This document shows positions 47,749 through 58,091 of a DNA stretch of 64,000 nucleotides, piece by piece. The number at the start of each line of letters is the position of its first letter. Position 1 is the stretch's first letter. This stretch comes from an uncultured bacterium. Lineage in GTDB: Bacteria > Actinomycetota > Acidimicrobiia > Spongiisociales > UBA5794. Location: positions 460,212 to 524,211 of the forward strand of contig CAWDDT010000011.1 of NCBI GenBank assembly GCA_963801165.1, read 5' to 3'. The notes beneath the pieces are model-generated. The model saw only the letters and a program-made list of their open reading frames with translations. It was not told the origin of the DNA and ran no database searches. A program made the translations under genes and the position numbers.

Positions 47749-49716
47749 GTGATTCCACGGCAGATCCTCGACGATCAACCGGTACGAGTGCTGCTGGTCG
47801 CTTCTGATCCAGCGGTGCACGCCTCTGTTGCGCGCCTTTCCGGTGAGTCGCACCATGCCAGCCACGTCGTAGTCTGGGTAGACAGCTACGAGAAGGGTAT
47901 CGCCGCCGTCACCGCCGACAAGCACGACGTGTACCTGATCCAGGGAACCATCGGTACCCGGAGCGGCCTCGATCTCGTGACCGAAGCGGTGGCCACCGGG
48001 TCCGCGGCACCATTCATCGTGCTCACCGGGACTGCCGACCATGATTTCGACATCGAGGCGCTGGCCGCCGGCGCCACCGACAGCCTGGTCGTCGCCAAGC
48101 TCGATGCCGACTCGCTCGAACGAGCCATCCGTCATGGTCTGATTCACGCCCAGACGCGCGCCGAGCTGGTAGCCGCACGCGATGAGGCCGAGGCCGCAAC
48201 TGCGGCCAAGACCAAGTTCCTCGGCAACCTGAGCCACGATCTGCGTACCCCCCTCAATGTCATCATCGGGATGACCGAGATCGTGTTGCGAGACGAGCTC
48301 ACCGCATCCCAGCGCGAGTCCATCGAGACCGTCCGCGTCGCCGGCGAGACGCTGCTGAACATGGCCGACCGCCTCGTCGACATTCCCAGCATCGAGACTG
48401 GAGCCATCGAGCTGGAACCCGCCCCATTCAATTTCCGCGATGCTGTCACCGACGTCGTGCGCATCTTTGGTCTTCAAGCCCGGCAAAAAGACATCTACGT
48501 GGGTGTCGACGTGCCCACTTCATTACCGGAGATCGTCATCGCAGATTCGGCCCGGTTCCAGCAGGTGCTGATCGACCTGGTGAGCAACGCGGTCAAGTTC
48601 ACCGACCGGGGCACCGTCACCATCGCAGTGACCGACCTATACGAACGCGACGGGGCGTCGTATCTACGTCTGAGCGTTGAGGACACCGGGCGCGGGATAC
48701 CGGCCGACCTCCAGTCCTCGCTCTTCGAGCGCTCCGCCCGGGCGACCACGTCGCCGGGGGGTACCGGCCTCGGGGTCGTGCACACGATCATCGCTGCGAT
48801 GGGGGGAACCATCTCCGTCCAGAGCAAGGTGGGCAAAGGCACCCGATTCGACCTCGAGGTGCAGGTTGGGACGATCGATGCAACCTCGGGCGCCGGGAAG
48901 GCATTTGGCCAGTCCGACGGAGTGGTGCTGGTCATGTGCAGTGATCCCGAGGGGCGACGTGCGATCGAGGCCGACCTGGTCGGCGCGGGGATCGAGCCCT
49001 TGATCGTGGGTGATCTCGGCGCAGCCGTCGATACGGTCGCACAGAGCCAGCCGCTCGATGCCATCGTGCTCGACACCGCCTACAAGCCGTTCGACATCGC
49101 CACGACTCTGATGGAGCGGGCGGGAGGAAGAACGCCGGTGATCCTCATCGTCCCGAGTGGGCGTGAAGAAGACGAGCCCCGGTGTCGTGAAGCAGGAGTG
49201 AAGGGCTACGTCACGAAACCGGCGGCTTCCGGTGTGCTCGCAGACGTGGTCAAGGCGACCATCGCAGCCGCCCGGGCCGGCGACACCAACACACTGTTCA
49301 CCCCCGAATCGCTGGTATCGAGCCGGCCCAGCATGGAAATCCTCGTTGTCGACGACGTCGAGACGAACCTCATGCTCACGGTCCGGATGCTCACCGAGCG
49401 CGGGCACCGGGCGACCGCAGTGCGCAGCGGAGTGGAGGCGATCGACGTTTTCGAACAGTCCCGATTCGACGCAGTGCTGATGGATCTGCAGATGCCCGGG
49501 TTGGACGGTTTCGACACGACGGCTGCGATCCGGGCTGAAGAGGTCATGCAAGGCATCATTCGCACCCCGATCGTTGCGCTCACCGGCCACACCACCAAGG
49601 AGGAGCGCGACCGCTGTACCGCCGCGGGCATGGACGGGTTCCTCTCGAAACCGGTGCGACCCGATGCGCTCTTCGCCGCGGTCGAGCAGTTCAGCGCCCC
49701 TGCGCTGGCCGCCTGA
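47749..49716 (+). CDS. Soluble hybrid histidine kinase (REC-HisKA-HATPase-REC-REC)
   Basis: KT.FL.NLSHDLRTPLN, NAVKFT, DTG.GI, GTGLG; last REC intact (VVDD, LMDLQMP, KP); first REC lacks the phosphoacceptor Asp. Confidence 0.92.
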   Translation: MIPRQILDDQPVRVLLVASDPAVHASVARLSGESHHASHVVVWVDSYEKGIAAVTADKHDVYLIQGTIGTRSGLDLVTEAVATGSAAPFIVLTGTADHDFDIEALAAGATDSLVVAKLDADSLERAIRHGLIHAQTRAELVAARDEAEAATAAKTKFLGNLSHDLRTPLNVIIGMTEIVLRDELTASQRESIETVRVAGETLLNMADRLVDIPSIETGAIELEPAPFNFRDAVTDVVRIFGLQARQKDIYVGVDVPTSLPEIVIADSARFQQVLIDLVSNAVKFTDRGTVTIAVTDLYERDGASYLRLSVEDTGRGIPADLQSSLFERSARATTSPGGTGLGVVHTIIAAMGGTISVQSKVGKGTRFDLEVQVGTIDATSGAGKAFGQSDGVVLVMCSDPEGRRAIEADLVGAGIEPLIVGDLGAAVDTVAQSQPLDAIVLDTAYKPFDIATTLMERAGGRTPVILIVPSGREEDEPRCREAGVKGYVTKPAASGVLADVVKATIAAARAGDTNTLFTPESLVSSRPSMEILVVDDVETNLMLTVRMLTERGHRATAVRSGVEAIDVFEQSRFDAVLMDLQMPGLDGFDTTAAIRAEEVMQGIIRTPIVALTGHTTKEERDRCTAAGMDGFLSKPVRPDALFAAVEQFSAPALAA

Positions 49717-49758
49717 CCCGGCCGGGCAAATGTCATTGCCGCGTGGTAGAACGCAGGC

Positions 49759-50241
49759 ATGACTCGTGACCACATCCGGCTGCGCGCCGTCGTTCCTTCT
49801 GACATTCCGGTCTTCTTCGCACACGAGCAGAACGAAGAGGCTCAACGGATGGCCGCGTTCACTCCACCGGACCCGACGGATCGGGCCACATTCGATGCCC
49901 ATTGGGAGCGAATTCTCGGTAACGACACCATCATGCGCACGATTGAGCTAGACGGCCGGGTCGTCGGACACGTCGGCAGCTGGGTCCAGGAGGGAGACCG
50001 TGAGATCACGTACTGGATCGACCACAACCACTGGGGGAAGGGAGTCGCCACCGCGGCCCTGGCGCTGTTCCTGGACGAGGTCACCGAGCGGCCCCTGTAT
50101 GCCAGGGCGGCCCGTGACAACATGGGATCGATCCGTGTCCTGGAGAAGAACGGCTTTGAAGTCATAGATACCGACCGGGGATACGCCAATGCCCGGGGTG
50201 AAGAGATAGACGAGGTCGTGTGCCGGCTCAGCGCACCTTGA
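49759..50241 (+). CDS. GNAT N-acetyltransferase (RimJ/RimL type)
   Basis: YWI...HWGKG.AT.AL, DN.GS.RVLEKNGF. Confidence 0.9.
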   Translation: MTRDHIRLRAVVPSDIPVFFAHEQNEEAQRMAAFTPPDPTDRATFDAHWERILGNDTIMRTIELDGRVVGHVGSWVQEGDREITYWIDHNHWGKGVATAALALFLDEVTERPLYARAARDNMGSIRVLEKNGFEVIDTDRGYANARGEEIDEVVCRLSAP

Positions 50242-51151
50242 AGCCGGAAACGCCACCCCTCATGGTCAGCTCGACCCGGTTGACAGCGGTCGAGTAGTCG
50301 GGGGACTCGTAGCCTCCGCCACTGGGGAGGAAACGGCTGGTATCGACGTCGACTTCTGCCAGCCCGGTGTCGGTGGTGATGCGGCCGGCGACATCCGCCG
50401 GTACCCGAAACTCCACGGAGGCGGCGCCGGCGTCCACCGTGGCCCGGGTGTGCCCACGCTCGGGAACGTAAACGACCGTAGAGCTGGCTCCCGTCTTGAG
50501 CTCGAGTGAGTTGACCAGCAACCGGCTCAGATCGAGACGCGTGTCAGAGGCACCTGTGTGGAGGTCGAGCTCGAGTTCCACGGCCGGGTTGAAGTCAACG
50601 CGAAACTCGCGCCCCCGGGACCGCATCCACGAGGCATGGCGCTGCCGCAGCATGACGTCGACCCGGTCGCCCGACCTGCTCACCTTCTGCTCCACCGCAC
50701 CGACCGACCCGGCACACAAGCTCGCGGAAGCCGCCGCAAGACTGCCGACCCGCAGCGCGCCCCCACCATGGTCGATGCGCACCCGGGCCCGGCGGGCTCC
50801 ATCCAACGGAATGTCGACGGAATCCGTCTCGACGCTGCCCCCGCGAAACGTGCCGAATATCAAGCTCAACCCGACAACGATGAGGATCGCCGGCCAGACG
50901 AAAGCCGACCTGATGATGTCGGCGTCGCGCAGCAACAGGAAAAGACCGAGCCCGATGAGGATGATCGGAGCGGTCCACGATTCACGCTCGCCCTTTGACA
51001 CCCGATCCACGAAGATCGCCACCCCAATAACGATCAACACGCCCGGACCTACCGACGCCCCGTCCGGCCACAAGCCCATTGCCTGGAGTAGGAAGACGAG
51101 ACCAACGCCGAACAGCACCAACCCCAGGAAGACGCTCCCCTGGCGACGCAT
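50228..51151 (-). CDS. LiaF/LiaI-like membrane protein with a beta-rich (toast-rack-like) C-terminal domain
   Basis: Four short TM segments (G..LI..G, WP..LI..G) followed by repeated GAS-type beta motifs. Confidence 0.65.
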   Translation of the reverse strand: MRRQGSVFLGLVLFGVGLVFLLQAMGLWPDGASVGPGVLIVIGVAIFVDRVSKGERESWTAPIILIGLGLFLLLRDADIIRSAFVWPAILIVVGLSLIFGTFRGGSVETDSVDIPLDGARRARVRIDHGGGALRVGSLAAASASLCAGSVGAVEQKVSRSGDRVDVMLRQRHASWMRSRGREFRVDFNPAVELELDLHTGASDTRLDLSRLLVNSLELKTGASSTVVYVPERGHTRATVDAGAASVEFRVPADVAGRITTDTGLAEVDVDTSRFLPSGGGYESPDYSTAVNRVELTMRGGVSGFKVR

Positions 51152-51211
51152 TCGTTTCTCCGATCGACGGTTGCCGCCGCGAGGGTACACCGATGGGGGT
51201 CGGCGCCGACT

Positions 51212-51631
51212 TCAGTCGGACCAGGGCCCGACTCCACCGAACCGATCCGGTGTGATACGCAGCACGTAGCCGGCCGGCGGGTTTGGCATCGGCGGGAACA
51301 CAACGTCGGGTCCCAGATATACATGAGCCAGCCGCTGCAGGAGCTCCGGGGCCCCGCCGTCCGTCACCCTACCTGTGCCGTGAATCACGAGGTACTCGTC
51401 GAGACCGATCTCGGTGCGGGTCCCGGCTTCGAGGGTCAGCACCAGACGGGGATCCCGGCGGATGTTGACCAGCTTGCGGTGTTCCCCCAGATGGCCGGAC
51501 ACGATCTCGTCACCCTCGAGCCCGATCCAGATTGCAGACGCTTGCGGGCTCCCATCGGGGTTGATGGTCACCAGATGGGTGAGCCTGCCGGACTCGATCA
51601 GCGACCTGACTCGAGGGGGTATCGTGCTCAT
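51212..51631 (-). CDS. PPOX-class F420-dependent oxidoreductase
   Basis: LVTINPDGSPQ.S..W, K..NIRRDPR, L..LA..Y.G. Confidence 0.9.
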   Translation of the reverse strand: MSTIPPRVRSLIESGRLTHLVTINPDGSPQASAIWIGLEGDEIVSGHLGEHRKLVNIRRDPRLVLTLEAGTRTEIGLDEYLVIHGTGRVTDGGAPELLQRLAHVYLGPDVVFPPMPNPPAGYVLRITPDRFGGVGPWSD

Positions 51632-51659
51632 GGGCCAACCCTAGACCCGGGGGCAGGCG

Positions 51660-52469
51660 TCAGGCAGCGAAATCCCAGTCGTAGTCGAGCGGATAAAGGT
51701 ACGTGTCCGCAACGTGGTTGAGAACCCGGCGGGCCGCTCGGAACCGGGCCGCCACGTCACTGATTAGTTGCGGCGCCGATCCTTCGGTGACCGCCGTCTC
51801 GTACCAGCGGCTACCCAACGACTCGCGGGCATCGAGACCGGGAGAGAAGCTTGCCGGATCACACAGCTCGAGTAGCTCGGTGCTCGTCATGTCGACAGTC
51901 TTTCCGAGACGCTCAGCGACCATCGGCTCCAATGGCTGCGATCCGATGCGGTCGGGAAAGATGCCGCTCTCGAAGAGTGACAGATCGCCGAGCCGCACCA
52001 GTAGCGACGCCCGCTGCGCCGGGACAGCGTGATCAACCCACGTAGCGATCTCACCGAGATCAAATGGGTTGGCAGGCGCCGCGACCGGGGTGGGCAACGC
52101 AAAGGACTCGAGAAGCTTCGTCAGGAAGAACAGCCGGGCGGGATCCTCGATGAACTCTTGCAGCGGGGCAACGTCGAACACCGGGAGCCGGGACCGCGGT
52201 CCGGTCCAGTCTTTGACATATGTCGCCGACCGCAGGTCACCCGCGGTTGCATGAACGACGACCGCAAACAAAAGGAAGGGCGAGACCACGTTCGCCGGAT
52301 GGCCGTGCCGGCCCATGACGCCCTCCACCACTCCATCGTCCGAGAGGATGTCGTGGATCGCCCACGGGCGGCGGCGCAGGTCGTCTGTCAGCGTGGCGGG
52401 CTCAGTTGCCACGATGCTCGCCAACGTCCTCAGGTCCCTTTCGGAGAATCCGTCGAGGTATGCCGCCAT
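51660..52469 (-). CDS. Conserved hypothetical protein
   Basis: Coding-like ORF with GGAGG RBS; motifs SPFL.FAV, RLPVFD, LGD..LF..G.FPD; no family recognised. Confidence 0.7.
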   Translation of the reverse strand: MAAYLDGFSERDLRTLASIVATEPATLTDDLRRRPWAIHDILSDDGVVEGVMGRHGHPANVVSPFLLFAVVVHATAGDLRSATYVKDWTGPRSRLPVFDVAPLQEFIEDPARLFFLTKLLESFALPTPVAAPANPFDLGEIATWVDHAVPAQRASLLVRLGDLSLFESGIFPDRIGSQPLEPMVAERLGKTVDMTSTELLELCDPASFSPGLDARESLGSRWYETAVTEGSAPQLISDVAARFRAARRVLNHVADTYLYPLDYDWDFAA

Positions 52470-52591
52470 TCTTGCCTCCAGTGGGCTTCGGCCTTCTGTC
52501 GGCGGGTGCTAGCCATAGTTGAGGAAACTAGCCGAAACCGGCCCACGGTGGTCCTCACAGGCACAACTAGAGCCCCGTGCGCCGCAGACGC

Positions 52592-52627
52592 GCTGCACGT
52601 TGTGACATGGCTGCACGTTGTGACATG
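52592..52627. repeat. 18-bp perfect tandem duplication GCTGCACGTTGTGACATG x2
   Basis: Directly upstream of the MFS gene. Confidence 0.9.
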
Positions 52628-52653
52628 ATTGACGTCTCTTCACTCGAGCACCG

Positions 52654-53865
52654 ATGAGCGACCGAACCAAGCCCAACACCTCCGCGACCGGCTTTCATGC
52701 CGAGCAGGTGGCGACGATCGCGGCCGGACACGCCGTGCACGACACCTTTGCTGCGTTTCTCGCTCCGCTGCTGCCACAGTTCGTCGACAAGCTTTCATTG
52801 AGCAACACCGCGGCCGGTGGCCTGTCGGTCTTTCTCCAGCTCCCCTCGCTGTTCCAGGCCTTCATCGGTCACCTGGCACGCGATCGCGCCCTGCGCTGGA
52901 TGGTGGTGCTGGGTCCTGGTGTGACCGCGACTGCGATGAGCTTTCTCGGCTGGGCACCCGGCTACCTCGGCGTGGCCGCCCTCCTGTTCCTCGCAGGCAT
53001 CAGCCTCGCCGCTTTCCACGCCACCGCCCCGGTTGCGATCGGCTCTCTTTCGGGCACCCGCCTCGGAAGGGGCATGGGATTCTTCATGGTCGGCGGAGAG
53101 ACGGGAAGGACGCTGGGCCCCCTGGTCGTGGTCAGCGCCCTCGCCGTGTTGTCGTTGCGGTCGTTGGCATTCCTGGCGCTGGCCGGCATAGCCACGTCGC
53201 TGATCCTGCACTTCCGGCTCAAGGACACGACCCTGCACTACGACACAGGTGCCGAGCCCGTCCCGTGGCGTGATGCGATCAGATCGATGCGCAGCCTCAT
53301 GGCTGTGCTGGCGGGGACCCTGGTCGTCAGGATCATGATGATGATGTCGGTCACGGTGTTTCTTCCCCTGTATCTGACCGAGACCGGAAGAAGCGATTGG
53401 CTGGCGGGCGCCGCGCTCTCCATCCTCGAGGCAGCCGGGATCGCCGGTGCGTTCGCAGGCGGCTGGGTCAGCGACCATGTCGGACGACGTCCGGTGCTCA
53501 TCTTCGGCTTCACCACAGCACCGGTGGCGCTGCTTGCGTTTCTCGCTACCCACGGTGCCGTCCAGATCGCCGTGCTCCCGGTGCTCGGGCTGACGCTCCT
53601 GTCCGTCCCCCCGGTGCTCATGGCTCTGGTCCAGGAGCAAGTACCGGAGAGCCGGGCTCTCGCCAACGGCGTGTACCTGTCCATGAACTTTGCGATCCGC
53701 TCGCTGGGGGCGATCGCGTTCGGCGCCGTCGGCGATGCGTTCGGCTTGCGAACGGCCATGATGATCAGCGCCTTTGCGATGTTCCTCGGTCTGCCGCTGC
53801 TCTGGCTTCTGTTCAGCGAGCGAGTGACACCACGCCAACCAGCGAGGAACGAGGACCGCGGTTAG
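52654..53865 (+). CDS. Fsr-like MFS transporter
   Basis: GH..HD......PLLP, AAFH, G.GMG.F.VGG..G..LGP, GGW.SD..GRR. Confidence 0.88.
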   Translation: MSDRTKPNTSATGFHAEQVATIAAGHAVHDTFAAFLAPLLPQFVDKLSLSNTAAGGLSVFLQLPSLFQAFIGHLARDRALRWMVVLGPGVTATAMSFLGWAPGYLGVAALLFLAGISLAAFHATAPVAIGSLSGTRLGRGMGFFMVGGETGRTLGPLVVVSALAVLSLRSLAFLALAGIATSLILHFRLKDTTLHYDTGAEPVPWRDAIRSMRSLMAVLAGTLVVRIMMMMSVTVFLPLYLTETGRSDWLAGAALSILEAAGIAGAFAGGWVSDHVGRRPVLIFGFTTAPVALLAFLATHGAVQIAVLPVLGLTLLSVPPVLMALVQEQVPESRALANGVYLSMNFAIRSLGAIAFGAVGDAFGLRTAMMISAFAMFLGLPLLWLLFSERVTPRQPARNEDRG

Positions 53866-54087
53866 CGGGGCACACCGTTCTCGAGATAGAGCGTCTCCCC
53901 GATCGATGCCTGCAACGCCGCCGTCACCCGGGTGGCGAGCGGCGCCGCTGCCAACTGGAACAGCTCGTCGGAGTCGACGACCGGGAATCTCCCACGTGTC
54001 CTTGTAGGTCTGTTCAACCAGAAGCACCCTGCTGGACGCGTCGCGAAATAGCGCACCCGCGGCGACCAGAACCCGCGCCCGTACCAT
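53862..54087 (-). pseudogene. NUDIX hydrolase remnant with internal deletion
   Basis: N-terminal VAAGALFRD...RVLLVE.TYK..WEIPG stops just before the Nudix box; C-terminal ..YLENG.. lies in another frame; junction near 53980. Confidence 0.7.
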
Positions 54088-54131
54088 CACACCCCAGACA
54101 ACAGACGACTGCGTGGTGACTCTAGGAGATC

Positions 54132-54182
54132 ACACACAGCGAGGGGCGAGCCGATGCGGCTCGCCCCTCGCCAGCTGTGTGT
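54132..54182. terminator. Long hairpin, probable terminator of the FG-GAP gene
   Basis: GCGAGGGGCGAGCCG-ATG-CGGCTCGCCCCTCGC, extended by ACACACAGC/GCTGTGTGT. Confidence 0.7.
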
Positions 54183-54209
54183 TCGTCGTGGCCAGGATCT
54201 GGCGTCGGT

Positions 54210-55529
54210 TTATGGCGTCAGATCTGTCCCTTTGATCACGTACGCCGTGCCATCCAAGGACGCGTTGTCGGCGGTGACCAGGTAGTCGGTCAGCCCGTCG
54301 CCGTCGACATCTCCGAGCCCGAGCGCGTCGACCCCGAAGTTGTCGCCGGCAATGGTCGACGTAATGGTCCGCAAGGTCGTCCCGTCTGCTCCCGAGATCA
54401 CATATGCCTTCCCGGCTCCCGGGGCGCCTGCAGACGACGTGTAGGCGGCAACAATGAGGTCGCCGTGCCCGTCGCCGTTGACGTCACCGATCCCGCGGCC
54501 CGGACCGAAGCCGTCCCCGGTCTCTTCAGCGTCCAGAACAAGCAAACGCTCACCAGTCGCCCCGGAGAACACATAGGCGGCACCGGTACCGGCCCGCGGG
54601 CCACGTCCGGCGTTGTAGTCACCGACAAACACGTCGTTGACGCCGTCGGCATCGATATCGCCGGCACCGGATGCGAAGAACACCCCGAACACATCAGCGT
54701 CGGCAAGCGGCTTGAGCACATGGATGACCGAGCCGTCGACACCGGACAACACGTAGGCGTTGCCTCTACCGCCGTTGGCACCGTAGGCGCCGACCGAGAC
54801 GTCGGGGACACCATCGCCGTTTACGTCCCCCACCGCACCGGCGGCTGAGCCGAAGAGATCCCCCGAGTGGCCATCGTGGGCGGCATGCTCACCGGTCGCC
54901 GACCAGAGGACGGAGGCGTCGGCACCGGAGTAGGCCGTCAGCCTGCCACGCTGGGCGTCGTCGCCAATGGCACCGACAATGAAGTCGTCGTATCCATCAT
55001 CGTTGAGGTCGCCGGCACCACTGACGGCACCACCGAAGAAGTTCCGGGCCGGGGGCGTCAATTCGTAGATGACACTGTGGTCGGCTCCGGAGTACACAAC
55101 GGCGCGCCCCAGCGGCGGCTCGGGTGCCGATCGCAACCCGGGGGCGCCGACTATGTAGTCGGGCACACCGTCGGCGTTCACGTCACCGGCGGCGGCCGTC
55201 GAGTAGCCGAAGAGTTCGTATTCCGTGCCGTCGTGCACCGCAAGCTGGGCTCCCGTGGCACCTGAGTACACATAAACCCGCCCGGCATAGCTACCGCCGC
55301 TCGGTTCGAAAATCGCGGCGATGGCAACCTCGGTGACACCATCCCCGTCGAGGTCGCCGATATCGGCGCCGACCCAGCCGAAGTAGTCGCCGGCGCTGGC
55401 CCCTGTCAGGGTATAGATCGCCTCGGCATCGCTCTCGACGAACGGCGGGCTGGCGACGGCAGCCGCACCCAACAGCATGAATGCAGATCCGAGCACGACC
55501 GCGCCCCACCACCTATGTCTCCATCGCAT
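54210..55529 (-). CDS. Secreted FG-GAP (integrin-alpha-like beta-propeller) repeat protein
   Basis: Signal peptide; seven FG....GD(V/L)(N/D)xDG..D..(V/I)GA repeats. Confidence 0.92.
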   Translation of the reverse strand: MRWRHRWWGAVVLGSAFMLLGAAAVASPPFVESDAEAIYTLTGASAGDYFGWVGADIGDLDGDGVTEVAIAAIFEPSGGSYAGRVYVYSGATGAQLAVHDGTEYELFGYSTAAAGDVNADGVPDYIVGAPGLRSAPEPPLGRAVVYSGADHSVIYELTPPARNFFGGAVSGAGDLNDDGYDDFIVGAIGDDAQRGRLTAYSGADASVLWSATGEHAAHDGHSGDLFGSAAGAVGDVNGDGVPDVSVGAYGANGGRGNAYVLSGVDGSVIHVLKPLADADVFGVFFASGAGDIDADGVNDVFVGDYNAGRGPRAGTGAAYVFSGATGERLLVLDAEETGDGFGPGRGIGDVNGDGHGDLIVAAYTSSAGAPGAGKAYVISGADGTTLRTITSTIAGDNFGVDALGLGDVDGDGLTDYLVTADNASLDGTAYVIKGTDLTP

Positions 55530-55571
55530 CGCATTGCCTCCTTGTGCGAGTGACCACGCATCGTCGTGGAA

Positions 55572-56438
55572 TCAGGAGGCGATCGCTTGCACAATCGTGC
55601 GTGTTTCGGGCAACTCGGCCCGGTAGTCGCTGGGACTGACGCCAAACGCATACTTGAAAGAGCGGCTGAAGTGACTGTGGCTGGAGAAGCCTAGGTCGAC
55701 GGCCAGCCGGGCCAGATCCTGGTCGCCGTCACGGAGGATCTCGAGAGCTCTCTTCAACCGCAGCTCGAGAAGCCGCCCGTGTATCGACGTCCCGGTCTCC
55801 CTCTGGAAGATCCGGCTCAGATGGTGTGGAGCGCTCCCAACACGACGGGCGATGTCTCGCAGATGGAGGGGCTCTGTGAACGACGCGGCCAGCATCTCGG
55901 CCGTGTTGAGCGCCAGGTCACGGTGCCGGGCGCGGGTTGTCACCCGCTTCGGCTGCGCTGACAGCGACTCTCCCGACGCGGCGAGCACTGCCGCAACCGC
56001 CGCCAGGACACCCTCCTCGATCGCAACCGGGTCGGCTCCTGGCTCGGTCGCCCGCTCAAACAGCCGGCGCTGCGAGAGGTACACCTGCGGCTCCGCCCGC
56101 CCATGGCCCTCCCGAAAACGTCGTGCAACGTCGGCGCCCACAGCGCTCGATAGGTCGTTGGTGATGTCGGCGGCAATGGCGAAGTAGTCACACAGATCAC
56201 CACGGGGGTCGACCACAAATCGGCTGTACCGGGACGGCGGCTCGTACAGCACCGCGACCGTCGGGTCGGCCACAACCGGCGGCGCCTCGGCGCGTTCGAT
56301 ACGAACTGCGGTGCGGGGAAATACGATGAGCCAGTTGTCGACGAAGCCCCCGGAAAACGCCTCGTGATCTGGCGGGCAGCGAAACATGCCGACCGAAACC
56401 AGGGCCGTTGCGAAGACGATTCGCTCCGGGCTGCCCAC
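55572..56438 (-). CDS. AraC family transcriptional regulator
   Basis: L..IA..VG....HLSR.F....G, LA..LGFSSHSHFSR.FK..FGVSPS.YR. Confidence 0.92.
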   Translation of the reverse strand: MGSPERIVFATALVSVGMFRCPPDHEAFSGGFVDNWLIVFPRTAVRIERAEAPPVVADPTVAVLYEPPSRYSRFVVDPRGDLCDYFAIAADITNDLSSAVGADVARRFREGHGRAEPQVYLSQRRLFERATEPGADPVAIEEGVLAAVAAVLAASGESLSAQPKRVTTRARHRDLALNTAEMLAASFTEPLHLRDIARRVGSAPHHLSRIFQRETGTSIHGRLLELRLKRALEILRDGDQDLARLAVDLGFSSHSHFSRSFKYAFGVSPSDYRAELPETRTIVQAIAS

Positions 56439-56520
56439 TCCTGCTCCCTCCCGGCTCAGCCAAAGACTCCGATCCCGACGCTACTCGGGTCGAACGTGTT
56501 GGTGTGACGGAGCCTCGTAC

Positions 56521-58045
56521 CTATGGAGCTACCCGGCCCGAGTTCGGGTCGACCATCAGCGACGATACGTCGACTGCCTCGAAAGCTGAGCCGGGGACGT
56601 CGTCCCACTCGTGGAGCATGTCGTTGTCCCAGCGCTCGTCCGGTGCCCCCGAGATGTACCAGGAGGAGCCGTTGTCGGCGAGGATGAGCCCGTACTGCTT
56701 CATCGCGGTGAGGATCACCTGGATCTCCGGCGAGTAGCCGGAGATGTCGTAGTCGGCGCGCAGCCGGAACCGCTGACCCATCGGCGGGTACTGCGAACCA
56801 GACAGGCTCGACGCCTGGTGACGCGCCGGCCAAACGTACTCGTTGCGGGTCTGCGGCACGGTGAACCTGATGGCGTGATCGATCACACCCGAGGCCACCT
56901 CGTCATAGGTGACGAGACCCGGGTAGATGGGGAGCCCGGCGGCGTCGGCCGAGGTCCAACCGGCGGGGCGCAGCTCGTTCGAGGTCAGGTCATAGGCCGA
57001 CCCCGAGTCGGCGTCCCATGAGCCGTCACCCTGTGGGAACGCCCGGTACAGCTCGTACAGCATGCAATCGTCCCGGTCGAGCACTAGCACGTGCCGGTCG
57101 CCCCCCGCGCTCGGGGCCACCCTCGACCGGCGCATCGGCCGGAACCGGGAACGGTCCGGGGTCGCTTTCATTCCCGTAGGCCGTGTAATGGATGGTCACG
57201 TCCGGCTGGCTGTCACCAACCTCTACGTAAGGAATTCCGATCGGGCTGTTCGATCCCGGCGGCCAGACTCCCGACCCGAAATCGGCGTGCAGGGTCGCTG
57301 TGGCACCGATCGTGTTGATGTACGCACTGGATTGCGAATCGACCGGAAGGTCGTCGACCTTTGCGTTCCAGATGTTGTCGGCGGGGAGGATCGAGCAGCG
57401 CTGCGGGGGAACGATCGGGTCGAGGCCCCCGGCGCGGGCCAGGAACGTGGCCATCTCGTCACGCCGTACCTCCCGATCGGGGCAGAACTTCGTATTGGCG
57501 GGCGGGTTGCAACCAAGAGTGACTCCGGCCGCGGCAAGGCGATTGATGGACGTCTCGAAGACCGACCCGTCGTCATCACTGAACCGATTGCCGCCGCTGT
57601 CGTCACCGTAGCTGTAGGCGCGCACGAGGAATGCGGCCATCTGGCCACGGGTCACGGGATCGTCGGGGCAGAACATGTCGTTGCCGGGGGGGTTGCAGCC
57701 CTTGGTGATGCCGGCGGCGGCCAGGCTGTTGATCTGGGGCTCGAACACGGTCCCGCTGTCGTCGGTGAAGTAGTCGTCACCGACCGCCGCCAGACCGAGG
57801 GCCCTCACCAGGAATGCGGCCATCTGCCCACGCGTCACGGATGCCGACGGGCAGTACATGTCGTTGACCGGCGGGTTACAGCCCCTGGTGATCCCGACCG
57901 CGGCGATCGCCTCGATTGCACCCTCGTGGACATTGCCGTCGTCATCGCGGAAAGTACCTCCCGGTGCCAGCGGGTCGGCGAATGCCGGCACCACCAGCGC
58001 CAGCGACCAGACTACGACCAACACCAGCAACGAACGTCTCCGCAT
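56521..58045 (-). CDS. Secreted protein with three SLH-like repeats and a conserved C-terminal domain, frameshifted near 57101-57116
   Basis: Signal peptide, 3x F.DD....I..LA..GIT.GCNPP...FCP...VTR..MA.FL; removing one homopolymer base joins EGGP to GGDRHV..ADAAGLPI.PGLV..KQYG..LADNGS. Confidence 0.8.
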
Positions 58046-58091
58046 GGTTCCTCCAGCTCGGGCCACCACCAACCTAGGAAAGTTGCGGCGC

